Source of the DNA: Pyrobaculum sp.
GTDB lineage: Archaea > Thermoproteota > Thermoprotei > Thermoproteales > Thermoproteaceae
DNA: 64,000 nt
Direction of reading: 5' to 3'
NCBI GenBank assembly: GCA_046293555.1
Contig: JBKBOT010000003.1
Span: 23,431 to 87,430 of the forward strand
The notes under the pieces are model-generated. The model was not told the DNA's origin. It ran no database searches and was given only the letters and a program-made list of their open reading frames with translations. Both the position numbers and the translations under genes were made by a program. Positions 11,289 through 23,323 of the stretch are shown piece after piece. Each line of letters starts with the position of its first letter. Position 1 is the first letter of the stretch.

Positions 11289-11731
11289 TATCTAGCTGGC
11301 TTCTGTTTCTTGCCGCGCCAAATTGCCCATAGAGAGACGCCGTTGACCTTCACGACCTTAAACCTCACCCCCGGGATGTCGCCTAGAGATTTGCCTTCAG
11401 GCCCGCCGATACGTTCTATTATAACCTCGTCGTGTTCATTTATGTAATTTAGACTGCCGTCGTAAGGCACAAAGGCTGTTACCACCTTGCCGTTTTTCAC
11501 CAGTTGTACTCTTACACATTTACGGACAGCCGCGTTGGGCTTTCTGGCCTCCACGCCGACTTTTTCGAGCACAATGCCGCGAGCCATCGGCGCCCCCTCT
11601 AGGGGGTCATACTTCTCAACTAGTCCCAACAACTTGCGTTTATAGTTGACGTCATTCCATCTAAATTTCTGTCTTTTTCGCCTCAGCTTCCCGCCGGCAA
11701 ATAGCCCATATGGCGACTTTTTGCCAGGCAT
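11288..11731 (-). CDS. rps12p: 30S ribosomal protein S12 (uS12)
   Basis: [24 protein letters not shown]. Confidence 0.97.
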   Translation of the reverse strand: MPGKKSPYGLFAGGKLRRKRQKFRWNDVNYKRKLLGLVEKYDPLEGAPMARGIVLEKVGVEARKPNAAVRKCVRVQLVKNGKVVTAFVPYDGSLNYINEHDEVIIERIGGPEGKSLGDIPGVRFKVVKVNGVSLWAIWRGKKQKPAR

Positions 11732-11758
11732 GGCTTTTTCAACTTACTGTTTTTAAAC

Positions 11759-12193
11759 TTATGCCAATATGATCTTCTCTATGTCGTAATAACGTCTAGC
11801 CAGCAGCCTAGCTCTGGCGATATTACGGCCATTTTTGCCAATAGCCACCCCCCTATCTTCTGGAGAGACTGTGGTGATGGCAACTTTCGCGCCTGAGGGG
11901 GCCTTTGTGATTTTTACTATTAACACCCTGGCTGGATACAAGCTGTTTTTAATAATCTCCTCTGGGCTGTCTCCTATCTCTACTATCTCTACATCTTTTC
12001 CAATAATCTGTCTAAGCATTTTGACATTAGCGCCGTTTCTCCCCACAGCCTGTGCCGCCTGGTTTTTCTGTACTAGAAAAATAATTCGAGAATATTCGTC
12101 ATCTATAACCACGTCGAGAGGCGTTACGCCCGTAATGCTCTCAAAAAGCGTGGCGTATCTAATCTCCTCTTCTGTAAGCCGTATATTAGGCAT
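11759..12193 (-). CDS. nusA: Archaeal NusA-like factor (KH domains)
   Basis: AVGRNGANV and [11 protein letters not shown] motifs; canonical position after L30e. Confidence 0.94.
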   Translation of the reverse strand: MPNIRLTEEEIRYATLFESITGVTPLDVVIDDEYSRIIFLVQKNQAAQAVGRNGANVKMLRQIIGKDVEIVEIGDSPEEIIKNSLYPARVLIVKITKAPSGAKVAITTVSPEDRGVAIGKNGRNIARARLLARRYYDIEKIILA

Positions 12194-12491
12194 GTTCTAT
12201 TATCTTTAAGATCTCGCTCTGGCCTGGGTCTATAACTGCAAGAACTACAATCTTATGCGGCCTCTTTGCGGCAGCCCCCAGCTCTATGCTTGACCCAGGG
12301 AAGACAAATATGGGGATACCGGCGAGTTTTGCGTAATATTCAATATCGTCTCTAGCCCACCTGGGGGCGTTAGCCGCCATTATTACCAACCTTGGGGCGC
12401 CTGTCAAGATGGATTTTTTAGCCTCCTTAAATCCCATCACCACCTTACCTGTATTTATCGCCACCTGAAGCTCCTTCCCTATATCCACCAC
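12186..12491 (-). CDS. rpl30e: 50S ribosomal protein L30e
   Basis: TGKVVMG...YYAKLAGIP...ELGAA...IDPGQS. Confidence 0.95.
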   Translation of the reverse strand: MVDIGKELQVAINTGKVVMGFKEAKKSILTGAPRLVIMAANAPRWARDDIEYYAKLAGIPIFVFPGSSIELGAAAKRPHKIVVLAVIDPGQSEILKIIEHA

Positions 12492-12527
12492 GTTGTTGTG
12501 GTAAATAGATTCCTTAAAAAGATTTTT

Positions 12528-13664
12528 CTAGAACTTCATTAATAGCTTAACTATGCCGGTACCTATAGGCACATACTTGCCGGCAATTATGCTTTCCACA
12601 ACGCCTCTAAACCTCTCCTCCTCCCCCCTCACCGCGGATTCTACCAACGTCTTTACAGTTACCTCAAACGCCGCTCTTGCCAACGGCGACTCTTTAGCGC
12701 CAACAATGCCGTGGCGACCAATGGGCTTAAGCCTCCCCGACCACGTCATGGCGTCTGCCACTAGATACATATGTCTAATGTCTGCATCAAGGCCCTGTTC
12801 TTCAAGCACACGTCTTATCTCCCGCGCCACTAACGCCCTGGCGGCCTCTATGCCTAACACCTCTTCAACCTCGTGGAGGTCGTTACTATAGGTCCGCGCG
12901 GGGTCCACCTCTTCCAGCTGTAATACAGACTCCAGGTTGGTCCCCTCTGTAACTATATACCACTCGTCGTTTTTAGAGTCGTACTGTAGAATCACCTTTC
13001 TAATTCCCTTAATGCCAGAAATCTTCATCTGGAGTATCTTATCTCTCGCCTTTTTTATCTTCAAGACGTCAGGCGTGGCCAACGTGATGACTACAGCACG
13101 CCCCTTTACAGAAATAGCCATGTCCCTCCCCTTGGCTCTAGAGAGGATTTTCTCAACATCTTTAAGACTAAGCCCTCTATACCTGAGCTGCTCCTGGTCG
13201 AGAGTTATGGTAATTACGCCAGATATGTAGTCTATGTCAACCTCTTTTGTTAACATCTCGAGAGTTACCTGCTGTATCCTCTTGGCTACAGCCTCGGCCG
13301 CATCTTTACTTTTATTATGGGGAGACTTTAAATAGATAAACATCAACGGCGTGGAGGGATTTCTCCTGGCGTCTACTATCTCTATAAGTCTCGGCAGACC
13401 TCTAGCCATAGAGAACTCCCTCAGGCCTGCATAGTGGAAAGAACGTAAGATCATCTGTGTGCCCGGCTCTCCGATAGACTGAGCCGTCACGATGCCTACA
13501 GCCTCCCCGGGGTCTATTAACGACGTGGCGTATAGCTTCAACACCCTGTAAATAAGGCGGATGGCCCTCTCCTCGTCGAGCTCCTTTACCGCCTTCTCCA
13601 GCTCTCTATATAGCGGCTGCGGCAACACGTTCGCCACTTTTGCCAAAAGCTCGCTCATATCCAT
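12528..13664 (-). CDS. rpoA2: RNA polymerase subunit A'' (Rpo1C)
   Basis: [34 protein letters not shown]. Confidence 0.97.
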   Translation of the reverse strand: MDMSELLAKVANVLPQPLYRELEKAVKELDEERAIRLIYRVLKLYATSLIDPGEAVGIVTAQSIGEPGTQMILRSFHYAGLREFSMARGLPRLIEIVDARRNPSTPLMFIYLKSPHNKSKDAAEAVAKRIQQVTLEMLTKEVDIDYISGVITITLDQEQLRYRGLSLKDVEKILSRAKGRDMAISVKGRAVVITLATPDVLKIKKARDKILQMKISGIKGIRKVILQYDSKNDEWYIVTEGTNLESVLQLEEVDPARTYSNDLHEVEEVLGIEAARALVAREIRRVLEEQGLDADIRHMYLVADAMTWSGRLKPIGRHGIVGAKESPLARAAFEVTVKTLVESAVRGEEERFRGVVESIIAGKYVPIGTGIVKLLMKF

Positions 13665-16306
13665 AACTTAAGCGACTTTATGTCGGCAACCTTGCCGTGA
13701 TCTGAACGACTGACATCTACGCCATCTTCTCCATAAAGTAGCTGTAGTAAAGACCCCTCGCCAAATCTCACAGTGCCGTCGTAGCCGATGTAGATATCCT
13801 GCAGCGCGTTTATAAGCCTTCTCTGCATGTATCCAGACTGGGCGGTACGCACCGCAGTGTCTATAAGGCCGTCGCGGCCCGCGGCGGCGTGGAAGAAATA
13901 CTCCACAGGCGTTAGGCCATGTCTAAAACTGCTTCGGACAAAGCCGCCTGCATGTGGCCCGATGTCTCCCGGCGGGAAGTGTGCCGTAGTTCTCGTCCTA
14001 AACCCACGTCTAATACGTTCACCTCTTATAGTCTGTTGCCCCAACGCGGCTACCATCTGTACGATGTTTATAACGCTCCCCCGGGCCCCCGTTTTCGCCA
14101 TTAGGTAGCCCTCCACGTCTTTTCTTACATATTTCTCCACCACGGCGGCTGCATCTTCACGGACCTTAGATAATATCTCAGTTAACCTATTTTCAAAAGT
14201 CTCCTCGACGGTAAATCCAGGCATGGCCTCAAGCCGCCCCGCCTTATATTCGTCGATAAGGCCATCTGCCTTCCTAAGGCTCTCGTCTATAAGGGCGTCT
14301 AGGTCTTTATACGCCTCTGGCGGGATGTAGACAGAGTCGAAGCCAAACGTGAAGCCCCTAAGGTCGAGGTACCTGAGAAATAGCCTTAGCGACGAATCTA
14401 GCCACCTTCTGGCCACTTCTGGCGGATAGTCGCGAGCTATGCGGTGCCATAGCGAATCCACCTGTTCCGCGCCAATAGACTTCTTGTCTAAAACGCCTTT
14501 TGCAAAAACGCCGTTGGTTATGATAATCCACTCGTCGCCCCAACACCTATACGCATTGTCGCACTTAGACTTAAAGGCTGTGGGCTGTACCCAGTTTAAG
14601 TCTTTGGGTAGAAAGTGTGAAATTATCTGCTTGCCGGTCCACAGCTCTACTGGATGTAATATGGCGGGCTCCGGCGGGTCTTCTGTAGACTTCCCAGCCC
14701 CCAGTAGGTAGGCCACCTCCTTCTTTGTGAGAAATGTGGACTTGTGCGACAGGAGGTACGCCCCTATGATGTAATCTTGACGTGCGCCAATTATGGCGCC
14801 GCCATAACGCGGGGTGATGATATGCCTCTCTACTAACATAAGGACTCGCGCCTCAGCTCTAGCCTCTTCTGTCTGTAATACATGTAGGTTCATCTCATCT
14901 CCGTCAAAATCCGCATTGTAGGGTGGACATACCGCCAGATGTAGGCGGAATGTACGTCCAGGCAGTACTTTAACCAAATGGCCCATTATGGACACCCTGT
15001 GTAACGACGGCTGTCGGTTAAAGAGCACAATGTCGCCATCGGCAAGATGTCTTTCTACAATCCAACCTGGCGCAAGCCTCTCGGCGAGGGCCTTTCTGTC
15101 TTTTACATACCTGAGGTCAATCCTCCTCCCCTCTGGCGTAATGACATAATTGGCGCCAGGCCACACCTCGGGGCCTCTCACCACATATTGACGTAACATA
15201 TCTACATTCCATATGGTGACCCGTTCTGGCACCGTCAAGACCTTGGCTATGTCGGCAGGGACGCCCACCTCGTTAATACTTATATGTGGGTCGGGGCTTA
15301 TGACCGTACGTGCGGAGAAATTCACACGTTTGCCAGAAAGCGAGCCTCTAAAACGGCCCTCCTTCCCCTTAAGCCTCTGGGCGATACCCTTAAGAGGCCT
15401 CCCGCCGCGGTGTTTAGCCACAGGTATTCCCGGCAGCTCGTTGTCAAAAAGAGTGGCGACGTGGTATTGCAACAAATCCCACAGGTTATCCACCACATTT
15501 GTGGGGGCACCCGTCTCTATGGCGATTTTCAACTTTTCGTTCATACGGATGATATCTACAAGCTTGTGGGTAAGGTCGTCCTCGCTACGAATCCCCGTCT
15601 CTAGCTGTATTGAAGGCCTCACGTGGGGCGGCGGCACTGGCAGCACCTTTAAGACCAGCCACTCTGGCCTCGCCACCACGGGGTTTATGCCAAGTAGCTC
15701 TAAGTCCTCATTGGGAATCTTGGCGAGCTTATCTCGTAAGGTTTCTGGATCTAGTTTAACCAACGCGCCGTTTTCCGTCTCCTTGTAGAAATAATACGGC
15801 CGCTCAAACCTAACCTTGGCTTTCTTATAGCCACAGTGGGGACACGTAGTCCTTTCGGAGGCCTTCTTGCGGATCTTCTCCTGGAGGTTTTGAGCCAAGA
15901 GCCGCCACTTTTTCTTAAGTCTGGCAAGCCGCTCTCTATATCGCTGTATTTCTTCTTCTCTAAGCATAATCCTGCCGCAATTTGGACACGTGGCCCTAAG
16001 GATGTCGTAAATAATCCTGGCATAACTCACATGTATCACAGGCTTTACCAACTCCACGTGTCCAAAATGGCCTGGACATACGTCATGTGTCTGTCCACAA
16101 GTCTCACATCGAGCTCCGGGCTCAGAGACGCCCAGCCGCCTGTCGGCAATACCCCCCCTCACCGGGAGTCCACCCTCGTCGTAGACTTCAGAAGTGGTGA
16201 TCTCCATTACGGAATATTTACGTACCATCTCTGGGCTCAAGACGCCAAACTTTATAGACTTGATAACCTTACGTGGGATAGTATCTAGCTCCTCCTTTAA
16301 TGACAC
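13655..16306 (-). CDS. rpoA1: RNA polymerase subunit A' (Rpo1N)
   Basis: Catalytic [29 protein letters not shown]. Confidence 0.98.
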   Translation of the reverse strand: MSLKEELDTIPRKVIKSIKFGVLSPEMVRKYSVMEITTSEVYDEGGLPVRGGIADRRLGVSEPGARCETCGQTHDVCPGHFGHVELVKPVIHVSYARIIYDILRATCPNCGRIMLREEEIQRYRERLARLKKKWRLLAQNLQEKIRKKASERTTCPHCGYKKAKVRFERPYYFYKETENGALVKLDPETLRDKLAKIPNEDLELLGINPVVARPEWLVLKVLPVPPPHVRPSIQLETGIRSEDDLTHKLVDIIRMNEKLKIAIETGAPTNVVDNLWDLLQYHVATLFDNELPGIPVAKHRGGRPLKGIAQRLKGKEGRFRGSLSGKRVNFSARTVISPDPHISINEVGVPADIAKVLTVPERVTIWNVDMLRQYVVRGPEVWPGANYVITPEGRRIDLRYVKDRKALAERLAPGWIVERHLADGDIVLFNRQPSLHRVSIMGHLVKVLPGRTFRLHLAVCPPYNADFDGDEMNLHVLQTEEARAEARVLMLVERHIITPRYGGAIIGARQDYIIGAYLLSHKSTFLTKKEVAYLLGAGKSTEDPPEPAILHPVELWTGKQIISHFLPKDLNWVQPTAFKSKCDNAYRCWGDEWIIITNGVFAKGVLDKKSIGAEQVDSLWHRIARDYPPEVARRWLDSSLRLFLRYLDLRGFTFGFDSVYIPPEAYKDLDALIDESLRKADGLIDEYKAGRLEAMPGFTVEETFENRLTEILSKVREDAAAVVEKYVRKDVEGYLMAKTGARGSVINIVQMVAALGQQTIRGERIRRGFRTRTTAHFPPGDIGPHAGGFVRSSFRHGLTPVEYFFHAAAGRDGLIDTAVRTAQSGYMQRRLINALQDIYIGYDGTVRFGEGSLLQLLYGEDGVDVSRSDHGKVADIKSLKLWI

Positions 16307-16342
16307 GGCGGTGGATACAGATATATATTTAAAGTTTTTAAG

Positions 16343-19300
16343 CTACTCTAAAATCTCTGTAAGTTCTAACTTTGGATATATCCCCAATGCTATTAATTCC
16401 TGTAGCATTAGCTTAAAGGCGTATGGTATCACCACCTTGCTAAATGGCGCAGCATCTCCATGGATGGGACACTTGGGCTTGTTCGACTTGGCGTCTAGAT
16501 ATGCGGGGAGGCCACAGTGTTCACATACATACATGACATATTTGTCACTAGACTCCACAAGCCTCTCGTAAAGCAACGCCGAGGCGCCGTGGGCGATAAG
16601 CACATCTCTCTCCATCTCGCCAAGCCTCAGCCCCCCCTCCCTAGAACGGCCCTCGGTGGGCTGTCTCGTCAATATCTGTACAGGCCCTCTAGCTCTGGCA
16701 TGTATCTTATCTGCCACCATGTGGTGTAACTTCTGGTAGTAAACAATGCCGACAAAGATATCTGCAACAAGTCTCTCCCCGGTAATTCCGCTATACATAA
16801 CCTCTCTCCCATCCCACTTAAAGCCAAGTTTTAACAACAATTTCTTCAAGTCTTCCTCCCTCACCCCCTCAAAGGGGGTTGCGTCTATCAGCTGTCCGGT
16901 CAACGCCCCGATTTTACCCGCCATGCTTTCTAACAATTGCGCCACAGTCATGCGGGACGGGAGGGCGTGGGGATTTACAATAATATCTGGCACCACCCCG
17001 TCTTCTGTAAAGGGCATATCCTCATGTCTTATCAACATGCCCACAACCCCCTTCTGCCCATGTCTGGAGGCGAACTTATCCCCAAGCTCTGGTATTCGCA
17101 ACTCTCTCAGCCTTACTTTTACAAGCCTGTTCCCCTCTGGCGACTCTGTGATGACAACACGATCCACTATGCCCCTCTCCCCACGGCGTACCGCCACCGA
17201 GCTGTCTCTCCTCTCCTTCAATATACGTTCAGCCTCTAGGGTGGTGTAAAACCTCGGCGGCGCGGTCTTGCCAATAATCACCTCGTTACTACTCACATAA
17301 ACCTCTGGAGGCGCGATGCCATCTTCATCAAGGTGGCTATAGGCCTCGGGCCCCCTATAGCCCTTTACAGACTGGTCTGGAATTTCGATCTTGTCCTCCT
17401 CCCCCCCTGGATATTTCTGCTCCTCGGCCTCATAGGTACGGTAGAAGACAGAACGGAACATGCCTCTCTCCACTGCGGCCTTGTTTAAAATAACTGAGTC
17501 CTCTATATTGTATCCAGTATATGTAAGCAAGGCCACTACGGCGTTTTGACCAGCCGGCTTTTTCGAATAGCCCACAAGCTCAAGCCCCCTGGTGGCAACT
17601 ATCGGGCGTTCGGGGTAATACAACATGTGCCCCCTAGAGTCCAGCTTATAGAGGAAGTTAGATTGAGGCAAGCCCAGCGACTGTTTCGCCATAGCCGCCT
17701 CGTATTGATTACGGGGAGACTGGTTATGTTCAAGATAGGGGATAACTGAAGCCACGGCGCCTAGTATTGAAGAAGGCACAATCTCAACATGTGTGTACAT
17801 GCTTAAGTCCTCCTCGGGGTTTACCGCAATGTGGGCATTTTCCTCCTCGTCTGCATCTAGGTATTCCACCACGCCCATCTTTACCAAGTCGTCCCACGTC
17901 AGTTCTCCCCGTTTTACTTTCTCTATAATTTCTTTAGTGAGCTTCAGCTTGCCGTCATATACTACAAGTAAAGGCCTGCGGATTCTCCCCCCATCGCAGT
18001 TAACATAGACGGCGTTGTCCAGATGCGCTATGTTTATCTCGTCGTCTATCCTCCCCTGTCTTCTAAGACTCCTCACATTTCTCACAAGCTCCTCGGGCTG
18101 TGGATGTACGCCAATAAGCCTGCCGTTTAGATAAACCTCAGCGCCCTCCTCCCCCTCTTCCCGCGCCTTGTGGATCGGCACCACCCCCATGTCAAGAAGT
18201 AATTGTTCTACCTCTCTCTCATCAACCCCTGTGGTTAGCTCGGCTAAAAGCGCCAAGTTTTTAACAAGGCCCACATTCTGGCCTTCTGGAGTCTCTACGG
18301 CACATAGCCTCCCCCACTGCGTGGCGTGTAAGTCACGAGCCTCGAAATGTGGCTGAGTTCTCGACAGTGAGGACACAACTCTACGTAGGTAGCTTAGAGT
18401 AGAGAGGTAGTTTGTCCTATCTAAGATCTGCGAGACGCCGGTCTTTCCACCCACCCAATTGCCTGTAGCTAACGCCTGTCTAACCCTTTCAGTTATTATG
18501 TCAGGCCTTACGATAGTCTGGAGGTGGGGTATCCTCCCCCTTGCGTAATATTTCTCCAGCTGGCCTTTAAGCTCCTGTAAGAACTGTTTAAAGACTGTAC
18601 GAAACAGCTGTGTCATCAAGTCGCCTACCAGCCTAACCCGCTTGTTTGCCACATGGTCTTTGTCGTCTGGCTGCCTCCGGCCTAGCTGCATCTCCACAAG
18701 CCCCTTGACCACTTGTCCCAACATTAGCGCTTTCTTTAGCCTAACCTCCTGTTGTCTCCTCTCGTCAGGCGCCGTAGTGCCTAGATGCGGCAAGAAGTAC
18801 CTATCTAACAGCTGGAGGGCCCTCTCGACTCTAATAGGTCTGGGCTGACCTGCAGCCACCTTGCCGCCAATAAAATCTAGGGCGTCTTCTCTCGAGATGG
18901 CAATTTGGTTTGCGGCAATTATGGAGGGGAGAAGCTCTTTCTGTATCTCGACGTCGTTAGAAACAGCCCTAACCACCTCCTCATCTGACTCAAGACCCAG
19001 CGCCTTCATGTATATAGGGAAGGGGATCTTGACCGGCATGGCAGAAAGCTGTGCATATATAACCCCATCTCTGTGGAACTCTACAATCAACGTACTTCTA
19101 TACCCAATCCCGGTGGAGATCACCTTGGCCAGAAATCTTACAGAAGGCTTGTCGCCTTTGTCATATATAGGCCTGTCGGTAACTAGATCTTCTTGAGAAA
19201 TTATCACCCGCTCGCTCCCGTTAATAATGAAGTAGCCCCCCAGGTCTTGGATATCTTCAAACTTCTTGGCGTATTCCCCAGGTCTTAACTTAGCTAAGTT

Positions 19301-19723
19301 ACACCGCCTAGATTTAACCATTATTGGCAACTCGCCTATGTAAAAAGTCTCGGTCATATAAGGCTCGTCGTCTACATAAAGAGTGGCGGTGAGATAAAGC
19401 GGGGCGGCATAGGTGGCGTTCCGCAGGCGGGCCTCCATTGGGTAAATTGCCGACTCGGACCCATCGCTTTCTTTAATTCTCGGCAGGCCCACCTCTATCT
19501 TTTCTAACACAATCTTCAGCCCCTTGATTTCTGTCTCCACAACTTTAAAATCCTCCATAATACGCGGCAGCCTCTTCTCCACAAAGTCGTTAAAAGACTT
19601 TATCTGGTGGCTGACGAGCCCCATGTCTTTAACAAATCTCTCCACCAGTGCCCACCTGTCGTCCCTACTGGGGAACCCACCATCTGCGCTCTTGACTACA
19701 GGGAGTGGGAGCAAGTCGACCAT
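16343..19723 (-). CDS. rpoB: RNA polymerase subunit B (Rpo2, unsplit)
   Basis: GGYFIINGSER, GDKFASRHGQKG, GGLRLGEMERD; a single 1126-aa chain as in Crenarchaeota. Confidence 0.98.
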   Translation of the reverse strand: MVDLLPLPVVKSADGGFPSRDDRWALVERFVKDMGLVSHQIKSFNDFVEKRLPRIMEDFKVVETEIKGLKIVLEKIEVGLPRIKESDGSESAIYPMEARLRNATYAAPLYLTATLYVDDEPYMTETFYIGELPIMVKSRRCNLAKLRPGEYAKKFEDIQDLGGYFIINGSERVIISQEDLVTDRPIYDKGDKPSVRFLAKVISTGIGYRSTLIVEFHRDGVIYAQLSAMPVKIPFPIYMKALGLESDEEVVRAVSNDVEIQKELLPSIIAANQIAISREDALDFIGGKVAAGQPRPIRVERALQLLDRYFLPHLGTTAPDERRQQEVRLKKALMLGQVVKGLVEMQLGRRQPDDKDHVANKRVRLVGDLMTQLFRTVFKQFLQELKGQLEKYYARGRIPHLQTIVRPDIITERVRQALATGNWVGGKTGVSQILDRTNYLSTLSYLRRVVSSLSRTQPHFEARDLHATQWGRLCAVETPEGQNVGLVKNLALLAELTTGVDEREVEQLLLDMGVVPIHKAREEGEEGAEVYLNGRLIGVHPQPEELVRNVRSLRRQGRIDDEINIAHLDNAVYVNCDGGRIRRPLLVVYDGKLKLTKEIIEKVKRGELTWDDLVKMGVVEYLDADEEENAHIAVNPEEDLSMYTHVEIVPSSILGAVASVIPYLEHNQSPRNQYEAAMAKQSLGLPQSNFLYKLDSRGHMLYYPERPIVATRGLELVGYSKKPAGQNAVVALLTYTGYNIEDSVILNKAAVERGMFRSVFYRTYEAEEQKYPGGEEDKIEIPDQSVKGYRGPEAYSHLDEDGIAPPEVYVSSNEVIIGKTAPPRFYTTLEAERILKERRDSSVAVRRGERGIVDRVVITESPEGNRLVKVRLRELRIPELGDKFASRHGQKGVVGMLIRHEDMPFTEDGVVPDIIVNPHALPSRMTVAQLLESMAGKIGALTGQLIDATPFEGVREEDLKKLLLKLGFKWDGREVMYSGITGERLVADIFVGIVYYQKLHHMVADKIHARARGPVQILTRQPTEGRSREGGLRLGEMERDVLIAHGASALLYERLVESSDKYVMYVCEHCGLPAYLDAKSNKPKCPIHGDAAPFSKVVIPYAFKLMLQELIALGIYPKLELTEILE

Positions 19724-19752
19724 TAGCCCAGCGGAGTGACAGATATAAAAAG

Positions 19753-19980
19753 TTATCCAGGTATTACAAGCCGGTAGATTACAGATTCCCCAGCAGTTGG
19801 CGACTCCCTCACGATTTTCACCACGTCGCCCGGCTTGGCGCCTACAGACTGCACAAGGGGGTCTCGCGACCTAATCCAAGGCAACTGCCAGGGCTTAAGC
19901 CGTAGCTGTCTTAACAAGATTTTTGCCTCCTCTTTTGGAATTACCACAACTTCTTTAACTCCCAACAGGGCTCTAGACAC
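19753..19980 (-). CDS. rpoH: RNA polymerase subunit H (Rpo5)
   Basis: QLPWIRSRDP...GDVVKIVRESPTAG...YRLV; start either GTG 19980 (after a TATA box) or GTG 20028. Confidence 0.93.
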   Translation of the reverse strand: MSRALLGVKEVVVIPKEEAKILLRQLRLKPWQLPWIRSRDPLVQSVGAKPGDVVKIVRESPTAGESVIYRLVIPG

Positions 19981-20024
19981 AGACAGAAATTTGCCAAACT
20001 TTAAAAAGTTGATGCCATCTGTAG

Positions 20025-21806
20025 TCACCTTGGCGCTCTTATTGTCGACCTGATCTCGTTTTTAAGGTCTTCTATAAATTTTGTAATCTCTTCTTTCGCC
20101 ACGTCGTTAGGTACTTCCATCCTTAGTCTTGCGAGCCGTTTTACCGTCTCTAGTTCTCTTAATATAGATGCGGAGACTCCGGCCTCTATCGCCTTGAGGC
20201 CCTCCTCGTAGTATGTATATATTGCCTTCATCAACAAGAACTGTTTTGCTGGCTGCGACGGCGTGTCGATTGGGTTGTAGGAATCCTGTTTGAGGAACCC
20301 CTCTCTAATCATAAAGGCTACGTTAAGCAGATGTTTCTCACTTTCGCTCAACGCCTCGGTGCCAAGTATTCTCACAATCTCCTGTAGCTCCGCCTCTTTT
20401 ACTAATACAGACATAAACACCTCTCTAATGCGTTTCCACTCGGGGCCGACGTTTTTAGACCACCACACCTCCACGGTGTCTACATAACGAGAGAAGCCGA
20501 GCAGCCAGTCTATGGCGGGGTAGTGGCGGGAGTAGGCCAGTCTTGCCGAGAGTGGCCAAAAGGCGCCAATAAAGCGGAGGGTATTAGAAGTCACGGGCTC
20601 TGTGAAGTCGCCGCCAGGCGGGCTGACAGACGCAGCGATGGTGAGTGACCCCACCCGCTCCCTGCTGCCTAATAACGTCACACGTCCAGCCCGCTCGTAG
20701 AATTCTGCCAACCTTGTGGGGAGATACGCCGGGAACCCCTCTTCTGAGGGCATCTCCCCAATGCGGAGCGCCACCTCACGCATTGCCTCTGCCCAACGTG
20801 AGGTAGAATCCGCAGATACCAACACGTCATATCCCTGATCTCTAAAGTACTCCCCCAGGGTGGTGCCCATATATATAGACGCCTCCCTGGCGGCAACCGG
20901 CATGTTGGAAGTATTTACAATAATCGTGGTACGTTCAAGCAAAGACCTGCCTGTAGCCGGGTCTCTAAGTTTTAACAAGCCGTGTAGGGCATCCGCCGCC
21001 TCGTTGCCCCGCTCTCCGCAAAGCACCGGTATGATAACCCTACTCTGTGCGTAGAGAAACAAGGTTCTGATTAAAACGGTCTTGCCTGTACCAAAGGGTC
21101 CAGGCACGGCGGCGGTACCGCCCCTGGCGATTGGAAATATCGTGTCGGTAGCACGGACGCCCGTAATTAGGGGCTCCACTGGAGGTAACTTTTCTCTAAA
21201 GGGCCTAGGCCTCCTCACAGGCCACTTGTGCCACATCTTCACCTCCACTACCCCCCGCCTGGTCTTTATCCTGGCAATAACGTCGTCTACCTTATATCTG
21301 CCGTCTGCTACCCACTCCACAACGCCGGGAGTGTGCTCGGGCAGTGGGGGGTAGAGGATGTAGTGAGTCAAAAGCTCGGTCTCTTTGACAGATCCCAACA
21401 CGTCGCCTGGATACACCTCTTCTCCAGGCCTTACTGCAGGCATGAAGTCAAATTCCGCCTCTAAGTCCAACGGCGGCGCCTTGTCGTAACCTATACCGCG
21501 GGCCACAAAGGGGGTCTTAGAGATCTCCTCGATATGTCTTAAAGGCCTCTGAACCCCGTCGTAAATCTTTCCCATTATGGTTGGCCCCAGCCAGGCGCTT
21601 AGAGGCTCGCCGCTTCTTACCACGGGCTCGCCGGGCTTAAGGCCCGTGGTGTCCTCATAGACCTGGATAAAGGCCTTCTCCCCCTGTATCCTCACCACCT
21701 CGCCGAAAAGCCTTATCTCGCCTACAAAGACGAGCTCGTAAAGCCTGGCGCCGGGGAGCTCCGCCTTTACTACAGGGCCCGAGATATATTCAATCCTACC
21801 GCTCAT
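20025..21806 (-). CDS. atpA: A/V-type ATP synthase catalytic subunit A
   Basis: [36 protein letters not shown]; no intein. Confidence 0.97.
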   Translation of the reverse strand: MSGRIEYISGPVVKAELPGARLYELVFVGEIRLFGEVVRIQGEKAFIQVYEDTTGLKPGEPVVRSGEPLSAWLGPTIMGKIYDGVQRPLRHIEEISKTPFVARGIGYDKAPPLDLEAEFDFMPAVRPGEEVYPGDVLGSVKETELLTHYILYPPLPEHTPGVVEWVADGRYKVDDVIARIKTRRGVVEVKMWHKWPVRRPRPFREKLPPVEPLITGVRATDTIFPIARGGTAAVPGPFGTGKTVLIRTLFLYAQSRVIIPVLCGERGNEAADALHGLLKLRDPATGRSLLERTTIIVNTSNMPVAAREASIYMGTTLGEYFRDQGYDVLVSADSTSRWAEAMREVALRIGEMPSEEGFPAYLPTRLAEFYERAGRVTLLGSRERVGSLTIAASVSPPGGDFTEPVTSNTLRFIGAFWPLSARLAYSRHYPAIDWLLGFSRYVDTVEVWWSKNVGPEWKRIREVFMSVLVKEAELQEIVRILGTEALSESEKHLLNVAFMIREGFLKQDSYNPIDTPSQPAKQFLLMKAIYTYYEEGLKAIEAGVSASILRELETVKRLARLRMEVPNDVAKEEITKFIEDLKNEIRSTIRAPR

Positions 21807-22368
21807 ATGTGGCCAGATAGAGCAGGTGTTTTAACTCATCTATCTTGTTGTTTAACAACGTTTCAAGCGAGTAATCTACCACAACGGCGCCATCTCTCGA
21901 CGCCATTACTACACCACCTCTGATATCTGTCTCTTTCACTAGGGCACTCAGCCCGAGGCTTTTTGCCAAAGTCTCCACGACGCCTCTATCTTTAGGCGAT
22001 ACATAGATCACCACGTCTCTAGACTGTATGTACTCTACCGAACTCTGTAGGAGGGAAGATAGGAATTTTATGTATCTCTCGCCACCCCTAATTTTTTCTA
22101 TTGTGTCATATATAGATTGTTGGAAGTCTTTTAAGATATTTTCGTAAGTTTCAGCAACTTTTTTTCTAGATTCAATTACCGCGTTGAAAAGTAGGCGCTC
22201 TTTTTCTAGCATGACCTCGCTCTCGACCTCAGTTATGTGGCTAGAGAACTTGTTCAACACGGTATCTGCCTCTCTCCTCAGCCTGGTCTCCACATCGATT
22301 AAAAGACTCTGTTTAAACTCCTCTAGCTCTCTAATCTTCGAGTTAATTATCTCTTTGAAAAGAGACAT
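21796..22368 (-). CDS. atpE: A/V-type ATP synthase subunit E
   Basis: N-terminal coiled coil and [19 protein letters not shown]-terminal motif; adjacent to atpA. Confidence 0.85.
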   Translation of the reverse strand: MSLFKEIINSKIRELEEFKQSLLIDVETRLRREADTVLNKFSSHITEVESEVMLEKERLLFNAVIESRKKVAETYENILKDFQQSIYDTIEKIRGGERYIKFLSSLLQSSVEYIQSRDVVIYVSPKDRGVVETLAKSLGLSALVKETDIRGGVVMASRDGAVVVDYSLETLLNNKIDELKHLLYLATYER

Positions 22369-22406
22369 AGGGGGACGTCAGTGGTTATTTATAAACATAG
22401 TCGCCA

Positions 22407-22697
22407 TTACCCTCCGAGGACTTGTCGCACGATTTGGAGGTAATTCACCTCTTTTTCCATTCCCTCCTCCACGCTGGGCACTTCTACAATTAGCTTTCTA
22501 GGAGTCTTTATACGTATCTCATCTAGTTCTTTACGTATATTTTTTGCAACTTTTGAAGATATGAAAATCACACTATATATTTCCAGGTTTTTATCTATAA
22601 AACGCAAGGCCTCTACAGGGTCCTCTATGGTCCTTCCCTCGAAGCCCATTAGCTTAAAGAGCGCCACCGTGTATCTATCTCCAACCACCAGATACAC
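22407..22697 (-). CDS. atpF: A/V-type ATP synthase subunit F
   Basis: VVGDRYTVALFKLMG...IVEVPS...IVRQVLG; likely GTG start at 22697. Confidence 0.87.
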   Translation of the reverse strand: MYLVVGDRYTVALFKLMGFEGRTIEDPVEALRFIDKNLEIYSVIFISSKVAKNIRKELDEIRIKTPRKLIVEVPSVEEGMEKEVNYLQIVRQVLGG

Positions 22698-22723
22698 GAG
22701 GGGGTAGAAACAGTAATTTAAAT

Positions 22724-23221
22724 CTACCACGGCTCTTTTTTCAGCCGGAGTAGATACGCCACATAGTTTGTGGCTTTATGTACCAACGGGGTAATTATCA
22801 CAGCTGTGAGTATTACCTCTATAGGTATCTCCCTGTATAGACTAGCCACGAGAAATGCCATAAGTAGGAAATCTAGCTGGTCTAAAGGAAATGCGGGATG
22901 TCCTCTGGGCATACAAAGCCGACGTTTTATAAAGGCCCCCAGGAGGTCTCCCGCCATGGCGGCGGCAGATAACACGATGGCGTCAAAAACTGTGAAGAGG
23001 GGATAAAACAGGTTGGGCACATATCCAATGGTGGAGCCAGCCATGACGCCTATGAGAAGCCCCTCGAATGTCTTTCCCTCTCCAAATATCCGCCTGCCGT
23101 CTTTAAAGTTTTTGCCAAGATCTAGATAATGTCTCCACCTAAGCCTCGCCGCAAACACCGCAGAGCCGTTAGCCACATAGGGGGGCCATATATATACGAA
23201 GAGCAACAAGAGGTCCACCAT
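22724..23221 (-). CDS. carS: CDP-archaeol synthase (CarS/DUF46)
   Basis: PPYVANG, DGRRIFGEGKTFEG, GDLLGAFIKRR, LDQLDF, KKEPW. Confidence 0.93.
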   Translation of the reverse strand: MVDLLLLFVYIWPPYVANGSAVFAARLRWRHYLDLGKNFKDGRRIFGEGKTFEGLLIGVMAGSTIGYVPNLFYPLFTVFDAIVLSAAAMAGDLLGAFIKRRLCMPRGHPAFPLDQLDFLLMAFLVASLYREIPIEVILTAVIITPLVHKATNYVAYLLRLKKEPW

Positions 23222-23323
23222 ACCTACCCGCCGTCTGGCTCTCTTCTAGCCGGCAGTAGACCGCAGGCCATATGCGGCCCATATTTTTTTATTTAAATCT
23301 CAACCTTGTATATGCATAGAGGC

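Noticed and set aside
7486-22501. Numerous 60-190 aa plus-strand ORFs opposite the RNAP/ribosomal/ATPase genes
   Set aside because: Ser/Thr/Pro-rich antisense shadows of highly conserved genes with no motifs of their own.
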